Shown here piece by piece: positions 1 through 21,309 of a DNA stretch of 64,000 bases. The position numbers were made by a program, and so were the translations under genes. The notes below the pieces were generated by a model. The model was not told the DNA's origin, made no database searches, and saw only the letters and a program-made list of their open reading frames with translations. The stretch's first letter is position 1. Every line of letters starts with the position of its first letter. This stretch comes from the human T2T-CHM13v2.0 reference genome, Homo sapiens, in assembly GCF_009914755.1 (NCBI RefSeq), contig NC_060932.1; one strand, 5' to 3'.

Positions 1-319
1 AAATTCCCCATTTATTTGGACACTTAGGATAACTCAATTTAGTTTTATTGAGAGAAACTGCTGGGCTTCTTAAATAAATATGTTTAGTCTCTTCTATAGT
101 TAAAGCATTAAGCATTAAGCAGCAACAAACTTTCTAATCTATTATCTCGCCAAGCGGCTGCCACTTTATCCAGATACTCTCATCAAACAAGCCCCTCCAA
201 AGAGAACTCCTCACTAACCATCATTTCCTCTACTGCCTTGCCATTCTGCAACCTAAAGCAGTCTGATTTTTGCTTCTATCTCTAAAATCATTCTCTTTGT
301 TGGTCCATGAAGCCCATTC

Positions 320-870
320 ATTCTAGTACTTATTGACAGCCAACTACAACACACCAGGTACTATTATAAATATAGCAGTGAACAAAACAAAGTTCCTTCC
401 CTCATGAGCTTATAGTGGGAGTGGCAGAAAATGTAAAAATAATCAAGTAAATGCAGAGAGTGTGAGATGGTATAAAATATTGCAAAACAAAATCAAGCCA
501 GAGTAAGGGGACAGGCAGCTCCTGGAGCATGCAAGTGTGAGTGCTACCTTTTTATATACTGTAATTGGGAAAGGTCTTACAGAAAGTGAGCATCCTGTGT
601 GAATAGAGGAAGGGGTACATTTCAAGGAAGAAATAAGAGCAAGTCCCTGGGGTGGAAGAGTCCTTGGCATGCTTAAATAAGAGAAAGGAGGCCAGCGTGT
701 CTGGTGCAGAGTAAATGAGGAGCAAGGAGGTCAGTAGGACAGCAGGAGCCAGATTGCATAGGGCAAAATGTCTTAGTTCATTAAAGTACCTTAGAGTTTT
801 AGTAAATGAAGAAAACAATTCAAATTTTTTTAGAAAAACAGTGACAAATTCTGATCAGTTTTAGAACTCC
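320..870 (-). mobile_element. L2 LINE 3' region, old and diverged
   Basis: Antisense L2 3' motifs 'ttattga...ccaggtact...gcagtgaacaaaacaaagttccttccctcatgagcttatag' and 'aggaggccagcgtgtctggtgcagagt'. Confidence 0.7.
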
Positions 871-889
871 AATGGAAATGGACAATAGA

Positions 890-2640
890 AATATATTTTT
901 AAAATTAAAATACTTCTTATAATCACATTAAGAGCATAAAATACTTAATCACAAATTTGATCCAAAAAATGCACTGAAAACTGCAAAACAGTGTTGAGTA
1001 AAATTAAAGAAAGTATTAAGTATTGAAAGTATAAATAAATGAAGAGGAATTTCTTTTTAGTGAAAGCCTATAAAATAGAGACATATACCTTGTGTATGGA
1101 TTGGAAGACTCAATATTAATAATATGTCAATTCACCTTCAAAATAATTTATAAACATCAGTAATTTCAGTAAAAAATCCAGCAGGTTCTCTGTAAAAGCT
1201 GAAATGTTGACTCTAATGTTTTAATATGGAAATACAAAAGTCCTAGAATCATTAAAACAATTTTGAAAAAGAAAAAATAAATAATTTGGGGGATATTTAA
1301 TACTTAACATGAAGCTAAAATTATCAAGACAATGTAAAGTTCACATAAGTACAGACATATAGATAAATGGATTAGAATAGAAAATCCAGAAATAGACCTA
1401 CATATATGATAGCTACTGATTTTCAACAGAAGTTTCAAGGCAATACAGTGGAGAAAGAATTAATCTTTTCAACAAATAGTACTGGAACAACTGTCTTGAA
1501 AAGTCTGATAAAATCAAACCTTATCTCACATCATACACACAGTTAAACTCAAAATGAATAATAGAACTAAATATAGAACTGAAGTATTAAATCTTCTAGT
1601 AAAAAAAGAGGAGAAAATCTTTGCAACCTTAGGACAAAGATTTCTTCAACAGAAAATACACACAGAGAGAAACACAAATATCTAGACACAAGCACACAGA
1701 CACACAAAACACTAACCATAAAGGAGTAAAAAATAGTAAAATGAAAACTTCTGCTCTTCAAAGGACACTTTTAAGAAGACATAAAGGCAAAACGCGGACT
1801 GGGATAAAATATTAACAGTATATATTACATATGTAATTTACTTGTAACATATACCCAACAAAAGCCTTTTTAAGCAACAATTTATTATATCTCATGATGT
1901 TATGAGTTCGGTGGACTCAAAGGGCCAGTTATTCTACTTTATTTTAAAATAGCTGTGGTCATTTGTATGGCTGCATTTGTTTGGGAACCCAACTGGGGCT
2001 GGAATCTAACCAATACCTTGCAGCCAGAATGTATACAGAACACAACTGAATAATACAAAGATAAAATCCAATTAAAATGTGTAACAGTATTAAACAGACA
2101 CTTCACCAGAGACACAAATGGTTAATAAGTCCATGAAAAGGAGTTCAACATCATTAATCATCAGGGGAAAAAGTTACAATTATTGGGGAAAAAGTACAGT
2201 GGGATTACCACTACATTACCATAAGAATGCCTAAAACTTTTAAAAGTTAACAATACCAAGAAGTGGTGATGGTGTGAAACAGCTGGAACTCTCTGATGAA
2301 AAAATTTGCTCATGGTAGTTTACAATGTTATCGCATCTTTAGAAAACAGTTTGATGGTTTCTAATGTTAAACATGCATGTATGGTATGATTCAACAAAAT
2401 TACACCTGTATGCATTTCCCCAAGAGAAAGAAAACCATAACAACAAAATGACTAAGACAAGAATGTTCACAGTAGCTTTATTAGTAATAGCCACAAAGTG
2501 GAAGCCCAAATGTCTAAATTGTGGCATAGTTATAAAAAAGGATGCTAGTCAGCAATATGAAATAACAAGCTGCGATACACAAATAACATGAATGAATCTC
2601 AAAAGTAACCCAAGTGAAAGAAGTTGCGGGCACAAAAGTA
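890..2640 (+). mobile_element. Old L1M (L1ME/L1MD-type) ORF2 3' end and 3' UTR, resuming at 4619-4880
   Basis: Degenerate ORF2 motifs 'atggattggaagactcaatatt', 'aatcttttcaacaaatagtactggaacaac', 'gaatgttcacagtagctttattagtaatagcc' and 'atgaatgaatctcaaaa'. Confidence 0.8.
1870..2020 (-). mobile_element. MLT1-type MaLR LTR fragment inside the L1M
   Basis: 'ttaagcaacaatttattatatctcatgat...ggactca...ggctgcatt...actggggctggaat' resembles the antisense MLT1 LTR end. Confidence 0.5.
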
Positions 2641-2713
2641 CAGTACCTGTCCTCACTCTCCATCTAATCCCTAGTGAATGCCCGAAACCATGGATACTAC
2701 TGACCCTGCAGTA

Positions 2714-4100
2714 CAGTCCTACACCATGTAACGACATTTCAATAAAGAACAAACTGTATATTCAAGCTTGTCCAATCCATGGCACTTAGCCAGCATGTGG
2801 CCCATGAGGGCTTTGAACGCAGCTCAATACAAATTCATAAACTTTCTTAAAACACTATGAGTTTTTTTTTGCAATTTTTTTTAGCTCATCAGCTATCGTT
2901 AGTGTTAGTGTATTTTATGTGTGGCCCAAGACAATCCTTCTTCTTCCAATATGGCTCAGGGAAGCCAAAAGATTGGGTATCCCTGGGATGGTGGTCCCAT
3001 AAGCTTATAACAGAGTGAAAAAATTTCTGTTGCCTAATGATGCAACCAACATAAAATTGTAGTGCAATGCATTACTCACTGACTTGTTGTGATGTTGGTG
3101 TAAACAAACCTACTGCCAGTCTTATAAAAGTTCGGCACATGCAATTATGTACAATACATAATTCTTGATAATGATAATAAATAGGTGACTGGTTTATGTG
3201 TTTACTATGCTTTACTTTTTAATGTTATTTTAGAGTGTACTCCTTCTACTTACTAAAAAAAGTAAACTGTAAAAAAGCCTCAGGCACATCTTTCAGGAGG
3301 TATCCTGAAGAAGGCTTTGTTATCATAAGAGATGACAGCAACACGTGTGTTACTGTCCCTGAAGACCTTCCAGTGGGATAAGATATGGAAGTGAAAGACA
3401 GTGATAATGATGATCCTGTGCAAGTGTAGGCCTAGCTGATTGTGTGTTTGTGTATTAGTTTTTAACAAAAATGTTTAAAAATTAAAAAACTTTAAATTGA
3501 GAAAAGCTTATAGAACAAGGATATAAAAAATATTTTTGTACAGCTGTACAGTGTGTTTTTTAGCTGTGTTACATCAAGAGTCAAACTGTTAAAAAATTTT
3601 AAAGTGCATAATGGAAAAAGGTTACAATAAGCTAAGATCAATTTATTATTAAAGAATGAAAATTTTCATCAATTTGTTGTATCCCAACTATACAGTGTTT
3701 ATAAAGCCTACAATAGTGTGAAGTAATGTCCTAGGCTTTCGCGTTCACTCACCATTCACTCCTTGACTTCCCAGAGAATCTTCCAGCCCTGTAAGCTCCA
3801 TTCATGGTATGTGCTGTATACTAGGGTATCCTTTTTTGTCTGTTACACACTATTTTTACAGTACCTTTTCTATGTTCGGATATGTTTAGATACACAGATA
3901 CCATTGTGTAACAACTGCCTACAATATTCGGTAGAGTAACATGTTGTACAGGGTTCTAGCCTAGGAGCAATAGACTATACCTTGTACCCCAGGTGTGTGG
4001 TAGGCCATCCCATCTAGGTTTGTGTACGTACATTCTATGAGGTTCACACACGGACAACATTTCTCAGAATGTATCCCCATTGTTAAGCTACACATGACTA
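2714..4100 (+). mobile_element. Tigger3 (Tigger3b/Golem) TcMar DNA transposon
   Basis: TIR-like ends 'ta|cagtcctacaccatgtaacgac' and 'gttaagctacacatgacta'; internal 'gaagaccttccagtggga' and 'cctaggagcaatagactata'. Confidence 0.85.
2763..2985 (-). mobile_element. MER30 hAT-Charlie MITE inserted in Tigger3
   Basis: 'caagcttgtccaa...agctcatcagctatcgttagtgttagtgtattttatgtgtggcccaagac...gaagccaaaagattgggtatccctg' is a complete antisense MER30. Confidence 0.9.
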
Positions 4101-4325
4101 CATATACTGTTTATCCTATCCATACATATCTATAATAAAGTTTAATTTATAAATTTGGCACAGTAAGATATTAACAATAATAAATGATAATATAGAAGAA
4201 TTATAATAATATATTTTAATAAATATTATGTGAATGTGGAACCTCTCCCTCAGAAATGTTTCAGACCACAGTTTGCTGCAGGTAAGTAAAACCACAGAAA
4301 GCAAAGCCACAGATAAAGGGGATAT

Positions 4326-4618
4326 AGTTGACCTTCTGTATTCACAAGTTTTGCATTTGAGGGTTCAAGTAACCATGAATAGAATATTCAGGGAAAACAA
4401 AACAAAAAAAAAACACAACAATAGATTAATACAAATAAAAATACAGGATAACAATTTATATAGCATTTACACTGTATTAGGTATCATAAGTAATCTAGAG
4501 GTCACTTAAATATATGGGAAGATGTATATAGGTTACATGTAACTGTTATGCCATTTTATATAAGGGATTTCCACAGGGGTCTTGGAACCAATAACCTTCA
4601 GATTTTGATGTAGAACTG
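4326..4618 (+). mobile_element. MER2 (MER2B-like) Tigger MITE
   Basis: 'agcatttacactgtattaggtatcataagtaatctagag...ccattttatataaggga...ggtcttggaaccaat'. Confidence 0.85.
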
Positions 4619-4880
4619 TGTATACCCCATATGAGTTCATTTATATGAAATTCCACAACAGGCAATACTAATCTATAAGGATAGAAATCAGATCTCTTGT
4701 ACCTGGGGTAGGATGGAGTAACTGCCCAAAAAGGAACACGAGGGACATAAACCAATATTTCATATCTTAACTGGTATGGTGGTTATATGGGCATAAACAT
4801 TCGTTAAGGCTCACCAAACTATTCACTTTCAGTGGGAGCATTCGGTTTATTGTATATGAATTATAGCACAATAAAATTTA
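4619..4880 (+). mobile_element. L1M 3' UTR continuation
   Basis: 'ttcatttatatgaaattcc...ggcaatactaatctata...gatagaaatcaga' and 'ttattgtatatgaattata...aataaa'. Confidence 0.7.
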
Positions 4881-5482
4881 TTTAAATAATCCCATAATTT
4901 ATTAATATTTTAATCATGTAAAACATTTGATAATGACACGATAAGTGTATATCCTGATTAATTCAAAGTTGCAAAAAAAGTTTATAAAGAAGAAAATGTA
5001 ATTTTAATTTATAGCCTTTGTAATAATACATAAGGTAGTTTATTTAGAAAATAACATTGTTTTTTTAACAGCCTTATATTTAGTTTAAAACCTTTTACTA
5101 AATTTTGAAAAAAATAATAATTATGAGTGATTCCTCCAGAAAACATTTGTATTTCAGTTTTACACTTCTTCATGTTAAATGAAGTGAAGCTACTGAGACC
5201 CCAGGCAGTTAACTGCATCACCAGAAAAGGATTGAATTAGTAATTTATTTCTTCATCAGGACAGTAAAAAAATCACTCTGTCTCCATAGCTTGTGATGAG
5301 GCAAGACTTTCTGACTGATGTATTTTAAAATGAGTAAGCCAATTAAAAAATTATTCCATAGCATGATGTCTGAATAAAAATAAGTAAAATTGAATTGAAG
5401 TTTTCATACCATTGGGTTAATATGTAGCTTATATATTAGCCTGATGTACCCCAAATATCTAATTTGATTTAGAATATAGGTT

Positions 5483-12180
<6,698 letters not shown>

Positions 12181-12191
12181 AAAGAGTATAT

Positions 12192-12422
12192 ATTATGTTT
12201 ACTAATTCTTGTGCCAATCTAGGCTCAGTGGCTAACATGAAAGAAGTATATTGCATGATCTCTTTTGAGGAAAATAAAACTGGGTTGATAATAAAATCAA
12301 CTTGCATTATGTTTACTAATTCTTGTGCCAATCTAGGCTCAGTGGCTAACATGAAAGAAGTATATTGCATGATTTCTTTTGAGGAAAATAAAACTGGGTT
12401 GATAATAAAATCAATTTGCATT
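12192..12422. repeat. Tandem duplication, 2 x 114 bp
   Basis: Copies at 12192-12305 and 12306-12419 differ at 2 positions; 'att' is repeated at the junction. Confidence 0.97.
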
Positions 12423-13103
12423 CCCACAGGTGCTTCTTAAAAGTACTTTCAAGTTCAATCTGATACATATCAATCTCAGATTGTGGCTATCAACAATCTT
12501 TACTGTAGATTAAATTAAATTCAAGTATTTTGAAGTTCAAAGTTTCCATAAACACAACAGTTTACCTACAACAATAAAGTGTAATATTTCAGTTTCATGA
12601 GTTAAATATTTTCATCATATGAAATAAATTATTAAAAAACACAACTATTGATTCATCCTAATCTATTTCAACATTCTCTTTCTCCTTTCTACGTAGGCCT
12701 GATAAAAACTGCTATTAGCACTGTGTCTCTTTACTTTCCTTGAGATATTTCTCCCATTCTTTGGGTTTTGACAACTCACTAGATGCCAATCTCTCTTAAA
12801 ACTGTTTTGCAAATGTCCTTCACTCTCCAATTTAAGTGGTCACCAAGGCCTATAAATTGGCCTTCAAATATTTCTCAATTACAATTCTTTTGTCTTCATT
12901 CACACTTCTACCCACTTAACATCTCCCACATCAAATATTACATATGCTTTCTAACTGATGATTTTGCCAACTCTCTTTCTACTCCAGTCCATCTCATGCA
13001 ATCATCAAAATATTACTACAAATATGTTAACCTCATCATGTTTGACTCTATTTGGAACCTGGGATACTTCCTCCTCATGCCTTTAAGATTGAACCATATT
13101 TCT

Positions 13104-13195
13104 TTTCTTTTTTTTTTTTTTTTTCTTTGAGATGGAGTCTCTCTCTCTGGAGTCCAGTGGCGCATCTATGCTCACTGCAAGCTCTGCCTCCCGGG
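13104..13195 (-). mobile_element. Severely 5'-truncated AluY with TSD
   Basis: Poly-T followed by 'gagatggagtct...gctcactgcaagctctgcctcccggg'; TSD aga(t/c)tgaaccatatttct at 13086-13103 and 13196-13213. Confidence 0.9.
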
Positions 13196-13329
13196 AGACT
13201 GAACCATATTTCTGAACGTTATACCAATATCTTTCATAATTAAATGTCAAGCCATCTTTCAATACTTAACACATTTGTTCTCTCATTCCCTCCATGGCTA
13301 TAGACTTTCCACTTGCTCTTTTTTATTTT

Positions 13330-14370
13330 TACTTTTGGAATCAGTAATATTTAAACTCTTAGGTTGGTGATGAGTTCATGAGTTCATAAAAATAATTTGT
13401 TTTATTATTATGCTTGGAAAATAAGATATACATACAAATATATATGTAAAACAAATCTATAGAAACTTTTAAATGCACATATGTACTCTTTCAAATTTGT
13501 CAAACATTATATAATAAAATTATTACAAAGGAATATTTTCCAATTCAACTCATATCATCTCCTTTATGTTATTTACAAAGAGATGAACCTACAATATTTT
13601 GTTATAAGAGAGTTGGAAGTAAAGATGAAAACAATATCCGTGGCAATTACACACCAAAAAATAGCTCAAAGATATACACATACACATATCAAGCAAAATA
13701 GACTTAAATGCAAAAGAAATTATCAGGAAGAAAGAGGATCACTACTAAGAAATAATCCAACTGAAAGACATAAAAGTGATGAATATGTAGAAATCTAAAA
13801 GAAAGTATACACTTTGAAAGATTTATTCAATAGAGCAAAATCTCACTTAGATGGGCGAAATATTTTTTGTTTTTGAGATCTATTGTAATGTGTGGTGCAT
13901 AGAGTATTGTACATTTCAAAATCACTTAGCGAGTAAAGTTCAACTGTTCTCACAAAAAAAGTTAAGTATTTGAAGCGAAGAATAAGTTAACTAGTTTGAT
14001 TTGATTATTCCACTAGGTTGATTTAATTATTCCACATTGTATTCATGGATCATAACATTACTTTGTATCCCATAAATATGTATAATTAAAAATTGTCAAT
14101 ATACAATATAAAAACTAGAATTAAAAATAGAACATTATACAACCATTAAAATGATGTTTACCATAAGCACGTAAAAATTTTTTAAATGTTTACAATATTA
14201 TGCTGAGAAAAACAACTTTATAAACTGAGTATATACTGTGATTGCATTTATGTAAAAGTAAAGTTTATGCAAGGAAAAGGGCATTCAACTATGGATGACT
14301 TTTTTATTATCTTCAAACATTTTTGTATTTTTCAAATTTTATTTGTACTTATATAATGAAAATAGTAATT
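13330..14370 (+). mobile_element. Cluster of old L1M fragments (L1MA 3' end ~13840-14120, L1ME-type pieces)
   Basis: 'gagatctattgta...gtattgtacatttcaaaatcact...ataagttaactagtttgattt...ataacattactttgtatcccataaata'. Confidence 0.6.
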
Positions 14371-14609
14371 TTTTGGATACCCTTTAGTACACTTAGACAA
14401 TCAATGTTTATTGAATGTCTAAAAGGCCTTGGAGGGGAAAAGGACAACCAACTGTCTTCTTGGATTACAGTCTGCTGTTTAATTTTTTCTAATTATTTCC
14501 TCACCTGGAAAATTCTTCTTTCCTCAAGACCCAGGACAAATGTTACAATTTTGATACTTTCTCTTTCAGTTAGAATGATTAAATAGAATCTTTTTTTGTG
14601 ATTTTTAAA

Positions 14610-16184
<1,575 letters not shown>

Positions 16185-16740
16185 GTAACAGTTTTCTATT
16201 GTGCTATAACAAATTATCACAAACTACTACCACAAATTTACTTTTTTACAGTTCTGGAGACCAGAGTCTGAAATAGGTCCTACTAGGCTAAACTCAAGGT
16301 GTTGGCAAGGCTGTGTTCCTTCTGAAGGCTCTAAAGAATAATTAATTTCCTTGCTTTTTTCAGCTTGTAAAGGTGCTACCTGCATGCCTTGACTTGTGCC
16401 CTCCTTCCAGCAATAGAATCACTTTGGCCTATGCTTCTGTCATCACAACATCTCTCACTTTGTCCATCCTGTGTCCCTCCTGTATGAACCTCTGACATTA
16501 CATTGTACCCACCTTCATAATCCAGAATAATCTCTCATCTCAAAATACTTAACTTAATTACATTTGCAAAGTTTCTTTGCCATGTAAAATAGCATATTTG
16601 CTGTCTCTGGGGATTAGGACATGTATATTTCACTGGGGAAGGAGGGGCGAGGCATGGGAGAGGAATTATTTTACTTGTCACAGTCTGCCCAATGACTCTT
16701 AAAAATTCATGTCTGTCCCAGTCTAAATTACATTCACCAG
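16185..16740 (-). mobile_element. MLT1 (MLT1D-like) MaLR LTR plus a short stretch of internal sequence
   Basis: 'gctataacaaattatcacaaact...aaggtgttggcaagggctgtgttccttctgaaggctct...ataatccagaataatctc...ggggattaggacatg'. Confidence 0.8.
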
Positions 16741-18249
16741 TAGGTGTCTACTGTAAATCCAACACTGTATTAAGTGCAGAATTCACAGGAGCAGGGTACA
16801 TATACATAATACATTGTTAAACATGTGGGTCACTATTTGGGTTCTGCTGCCATCAGCCAGCTTTGTTACAATGGGCAAGTTAATGTAGCTCTTTGAGTAT
16901 GAGTTTCTGTTCACAGAAAATCAGGGTTGGATAAGACTATTTCTAAGCTTTTTTTTCTCTTTTATAATCCCTCCTAGATTATAACATTCATGAAGCCCAG
17001 GCTCAAGTTTGTCAATGCAACATCCTAAGTGTCTAAAATAATGTTCACACTTCAGTAAATATTACAGGAGAAATCAAGGAGTATATATTTATATGCAGTG
17101 TTTTGTTAATGGATTAATTTCTATAATCATGTATATAGATTGCATACATGCATCTTATCTCTGTACTATTTAAATATATCACTTTGTGTAGGCACAAAAT
17201 TTCATCTTTTCTGTGTATGTATGCTGGTCTTCTCTTGTCTGCACTTAAGTCAGTTTGTGTCATCATCCTTTTTAACTACATTTTTTGGTTCTTAAATTAA
17301 TATCTATAGTTTTCAATTAACCATAAATTTAAAAATTTCTTTATAGACTACTAATCAAACTCTTTTGGAAGCTTAATTATGGAAATATTCTTCCAAGAAT
17401 GCGAACATTTTATAAGAAATATTTTCGTATAGTAAAATTTAGCATACATATATGTTACACAAAGAGTTTATTGTCAATATATCTACATATCTTGCACAAG
17501 CAGCACTTTTCAAATATGGCTGATTATTAGCTTCGAAAGGACTGCCAATCACTTAAATTTCAACCAGCTGCTATGAAAAAAATAAGTATTAATGGACCTA
17601 CCACACCTTCAGCCTCTTGTCTCCAGTCACTGTGCTTAGCTGCAGGATTCCCATTAACATTAATGGGAGTTCCATGCACATATCACCTGGAGAACAGCCC
17701 CCTGGATGTTTGATCATTATCTTCCTAGACAGGTAGGAATGGCATCAATCAGGTCTCCAGCTTAGTTTCACAGTGTGTACTATTAAAGGCAGCAAGGCAA
17801 TAAAAACACAGCTTCTAATACTTTCTTTATAAAACAGTAAAAAATGTGCAGAACAATCAAGGAAGAAGATTTTAAAGCATACAAGAAGTACGTGGTTTTC
17901 CTGCCTATCTTTTTGTAATTACAAATGTCCTAAAACTGAAGCATACACACTATTTCTTTTCTAAGACAGCCATAATGGGATAATAAAGACAAGCTTCATT
18001 ATATAAAATGGATTTGATTTACTATAAAGTAGCATATAGTGAAGAGACAGTAGAGTTTACATAGAAACTGTTGACCTGTTTTTTTTTCTGTCATTTTCCT
18101 ACCATATCATTAATCAAACACTTTTATGTGGTTAGAAAGAAAACAACATGAGTGATTAGTATTAGTATGTAACCTCCATAATGTTGCAAGGGACTTCATG
18201 AAACAAAGGCATGTTTTCAACTCAGATTTACTATATATTTGGTAAACTA

Positions 18250-18510
18250 GGTGCATTGATGTAGTGAAAATGAAATAATGAAAAGAGAAATGCTGGTAAG
18301 ACCTGGGGTGAAAGAGATCAAAGTTTGGCTTTGGGACTGTAATTTTACTAACTGTATAATATTGAATAAATTACCTAAGCCTTTGAAATCACTTTTTCTT
18401 TGGTAAAGTGAACCTAAAACACCTACATTATAGACTAATTAGAAGGCTCATAGGAGATGTTCAGCATAGTCCAAGGCAACTAGTAAATGCTTATAAAACA
18501 GAGTAATTAT
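18250..18510 (+). mobile_element. MIR SINE
   Basis: 'ttactaactgtataatattgaataaattacctaagcctttgaaatcact...gtaaagtg...tagtaaatgct'. Confidence 0.55.
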
Positions 18511-19369
18511 TTCTCTATGTGTATGTACAGTTATAACCTCCAAAATATAGTTAAGATATCATAGAACAAGCATTAGAAGTAGACAGACAGGATCCCACAT
18601 CTGTCATAAACCAGGATCATAACTACTATGATCCTGGGCAAGTATTTTTTAAAATATATATATTTAATATACTTTTTCTAAATATATATGTGTATGCATA
18701 TATATACATACATGCATATGCATAATGCATATACACCTATTCAAATATATAAATATATTTAGCTATACACAATTTTATCACTAGTTTAGGTCTAATGAAT
18801 TACAATTCTAACTTTATATCTGAATTCAACAAAATGGTTCAGCTGCTAAATTTGGAGCCACAATTTCAATATATGGTCTTGTATAAGGCTTATTTTAAGG
18901 ATTCTAAGCCAGAGGCAAGAGGCTTTAAGGCTTCATTTTTATCCACTGATGCCTGGCTCTTGCTGAACCTTCCATGTGTGCTGTCTACCAGTAGTTCATG
19001 GCTACCTATCATGCACAGAGCTTGGAGGTTGTATTCTCAGGAAATTCTCACCTTTTTGGGGCCTTCCTTAGCACTCCAGTTTTACATAAATGATCAACTG
19101 CAACTCAGGACTTACATACAGCATGGAGTTCTTTATATTTTAAAATATCTGACTTAACTGAATCTTGCCTATTATCCTATTGTTCTATAAAATTTAGTGA
19201 GATTTTATATACAATTTAATATTCTATAACATGTAGTGATATTTTATAAAAATAGGATTGTAACCAGGCTTGGGCTGTTTCTACCCTAGAGACTGGGCAA
19301 ATTCCCATGACATCATAAGGAGGACTGGCTGAAAAGTAGAGGATGAAAATATACGGAGAGCAAACTCAT

Positions 19370-19540
19370 TTATGTGTAGAGCAATTTATCTCTGCTAATG
19401 CAGTCCTATGCCTTTTTATGTTCAGTCTTCAGCAAAGCCCATGTGGGAGTTATTATTATCTCAGTTTTATAGATAAGGAAACTGAGACTCAGTAAAGTAA
19501 CCTGTCCAAGAAAACACTGCTATTGAGTTGGAAAATCATT
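19370..19540 (-). mobile_element. MIR SINE
   Basis: Core 'ttattattatctcagttttatagataaggaaactgagactcag'. Confidence 0.75.
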
Positions 19541-19789
19541 ACTCAATGATTTCGACCTTCTAGAATTTTTTATTCTTATTGAATGCAGCTGTTGGATAGC
19601 CTGTCTTTAAATGAACAAAGTAGAATAAAGTGAAAATAGATTTCAACGGCACCATGTCTAACCCCAGAATCTATATGACCAATTCATAGACTTGAGCATT
19701 AGAACATCTAGAATTTAACTCCTTTTGTTGCCAGTGATCTTTTTCGAGACCAGCACTAAGCCCTATGATAGATAGCTAAGGCAGGGGGA

Positions 19790-20040
19790 AACTTAATCCT
19801 GTGTTAGCATGGATCTCTAGGTTCAATTCCCAACTTGATCACTTACCAGTTGTATAAGTGTACAACTGTATAAACTTGTGTAGTTTTTAACTACTAGGAG
19901 ATTCAGATTTTTCAATTGTAAGTTGGGAATAAAGAAAATCTTTACTCAATAGTATTTTTATAAAGATTAAACAAGAAAATGTATTTAGAAGTGTTTTTTC
20001 AAATCACAAATACAAATCCATTTTTATTATCATTTTTATT
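19790..20040 (+). mobile_element. MIR SINE
   Basis: 'ctaggttcaattcccaacttgatcacttaccagttgt...tcagatttttcaattgtaagttgggaataa'. Confidence 0.65.
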
Positions 20041-20989
20041 CCTAAGTAACTTTAAAATAAGTGATATGAGTAGCATTAAAATTCCTACCTGTCTCCCACA
20101 TCTGGAGTGTTTTCATGTCTAAGATTTATATAATTAAAGTTGCTATTTTGGAACAGGCATTATAAATAATAAAGCTCTTATAAAAGGAATATTTTTTCAC
20201 AAAGTTCAATTTAATTGAACCACTAATATAGCTATAGGTTAAGTTTATTAGATGAAGCCTTGTCGCTTATTAGGAAATAGATCCCTGAGTGACAGGAACA
20301 AATTTCTTCAAGTAGTGCTCTTTAGTTTTTTGTGTGAAGTCATTTAGACAAGATTATTTCTAGTGATAGCAAGCAGATGGCTGAGTGATGAGATGTGGGT
20401 ATGCAAGTTCTGGCTAAAATGCCAGGCCATTCAAGTCTGGGCTCTGGGAAAACATATTCTTAGAGAAAGCTTTAGTTTTCAACACAGGGAACTTAGCTCT
20501 TACAACATTGGCTCCAGGCATTTTTTAAGTATTAATTGACAACACACACTGAATCCTTTATCATATGTCTAAAAGCCTTGACTTGCATCTACTCCGCCCA
20601 AAGCATTCTCTGTAGCAGGAGTCCATAAATTCTAAATCATCACGTTCCACATGGGCAATTCAGTTAGCCTTTTGGATGGACTCTTAACAAATGCCCACAA
20701 ACATTCAAAAATGTTAAATTAAATAAGAAAGGATGTTCACAAATGACGTGATAGATAAAAATGATGAAATATGGAGGATGACAACGAAGATATTTCTATT
20801 ACTAAATTAAAGTGACTAATGAAAACAGAACTCCTCAAAAGTTGAAAAACACTATTAAACTATTTTAACAGAGGTTGGCAGCCTACTATTTTATCCCAAG
20901 ATTTACAGTAGATGGGAAACATTGAAATGGAATGTATTCTTCATATGTTAAAATAATATGTAATCCAAAATGCCATAACAGAAGGAATG

Positions 20990-21250
20990 TAGACCATAAT
21001 GGTAAAAATCTTGGGCTTTGGAGCCAACCCTCCTTATAGAAATCCTAGCTCAACTACTAACTACCAAGGCAAACTTAACATCTCCATCCCTCTGTTCTTT
21101 TTTTGTTGTTGTTTTTTAAGCTTTAGATGGGGATAACAGTGGTATCTACTTCATAGTGTCATTGTTAGGCTTAAATAAATATTACATACAAAGGCTCAAA
21201 ACAGTGTCTGATACACACTACATATTCAATAGTTATTTATTAATAATCAC
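20990..21250 (+). mobile_element. MIR SINE
   Basis: 'gggctttggagcca...aatcctagctcaactactaact...atggggataacagtggtatctacttcatagtg'. Confidence 0.75.
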
Positions 21251-21309
21251 ATTATAAAACAAAAATGTTTATTCATCCAAATTTGTGCGTATGTTTATTT
21301 GATTATTTT

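Larger units (their letters stand above)
2641..4324 (+). mobile_element. MER46/Tigger4-type DNA transposon, split into 2641-2713 and 4101-4324
   Basis: Left part 'cagta...gaatgcccgaaaccatggatactac'; right part 'ataaagtttaatttataaatttggcacagtaagatattaac...aaagccacagataaagggg'. Confidence 0.75.

Noticed and set aside
18645-18760. Palindromic TATGCATA-rich stretch
   Set aside because: Low-complexity (TA/CA)n decay, in which self-complementarity is expected.
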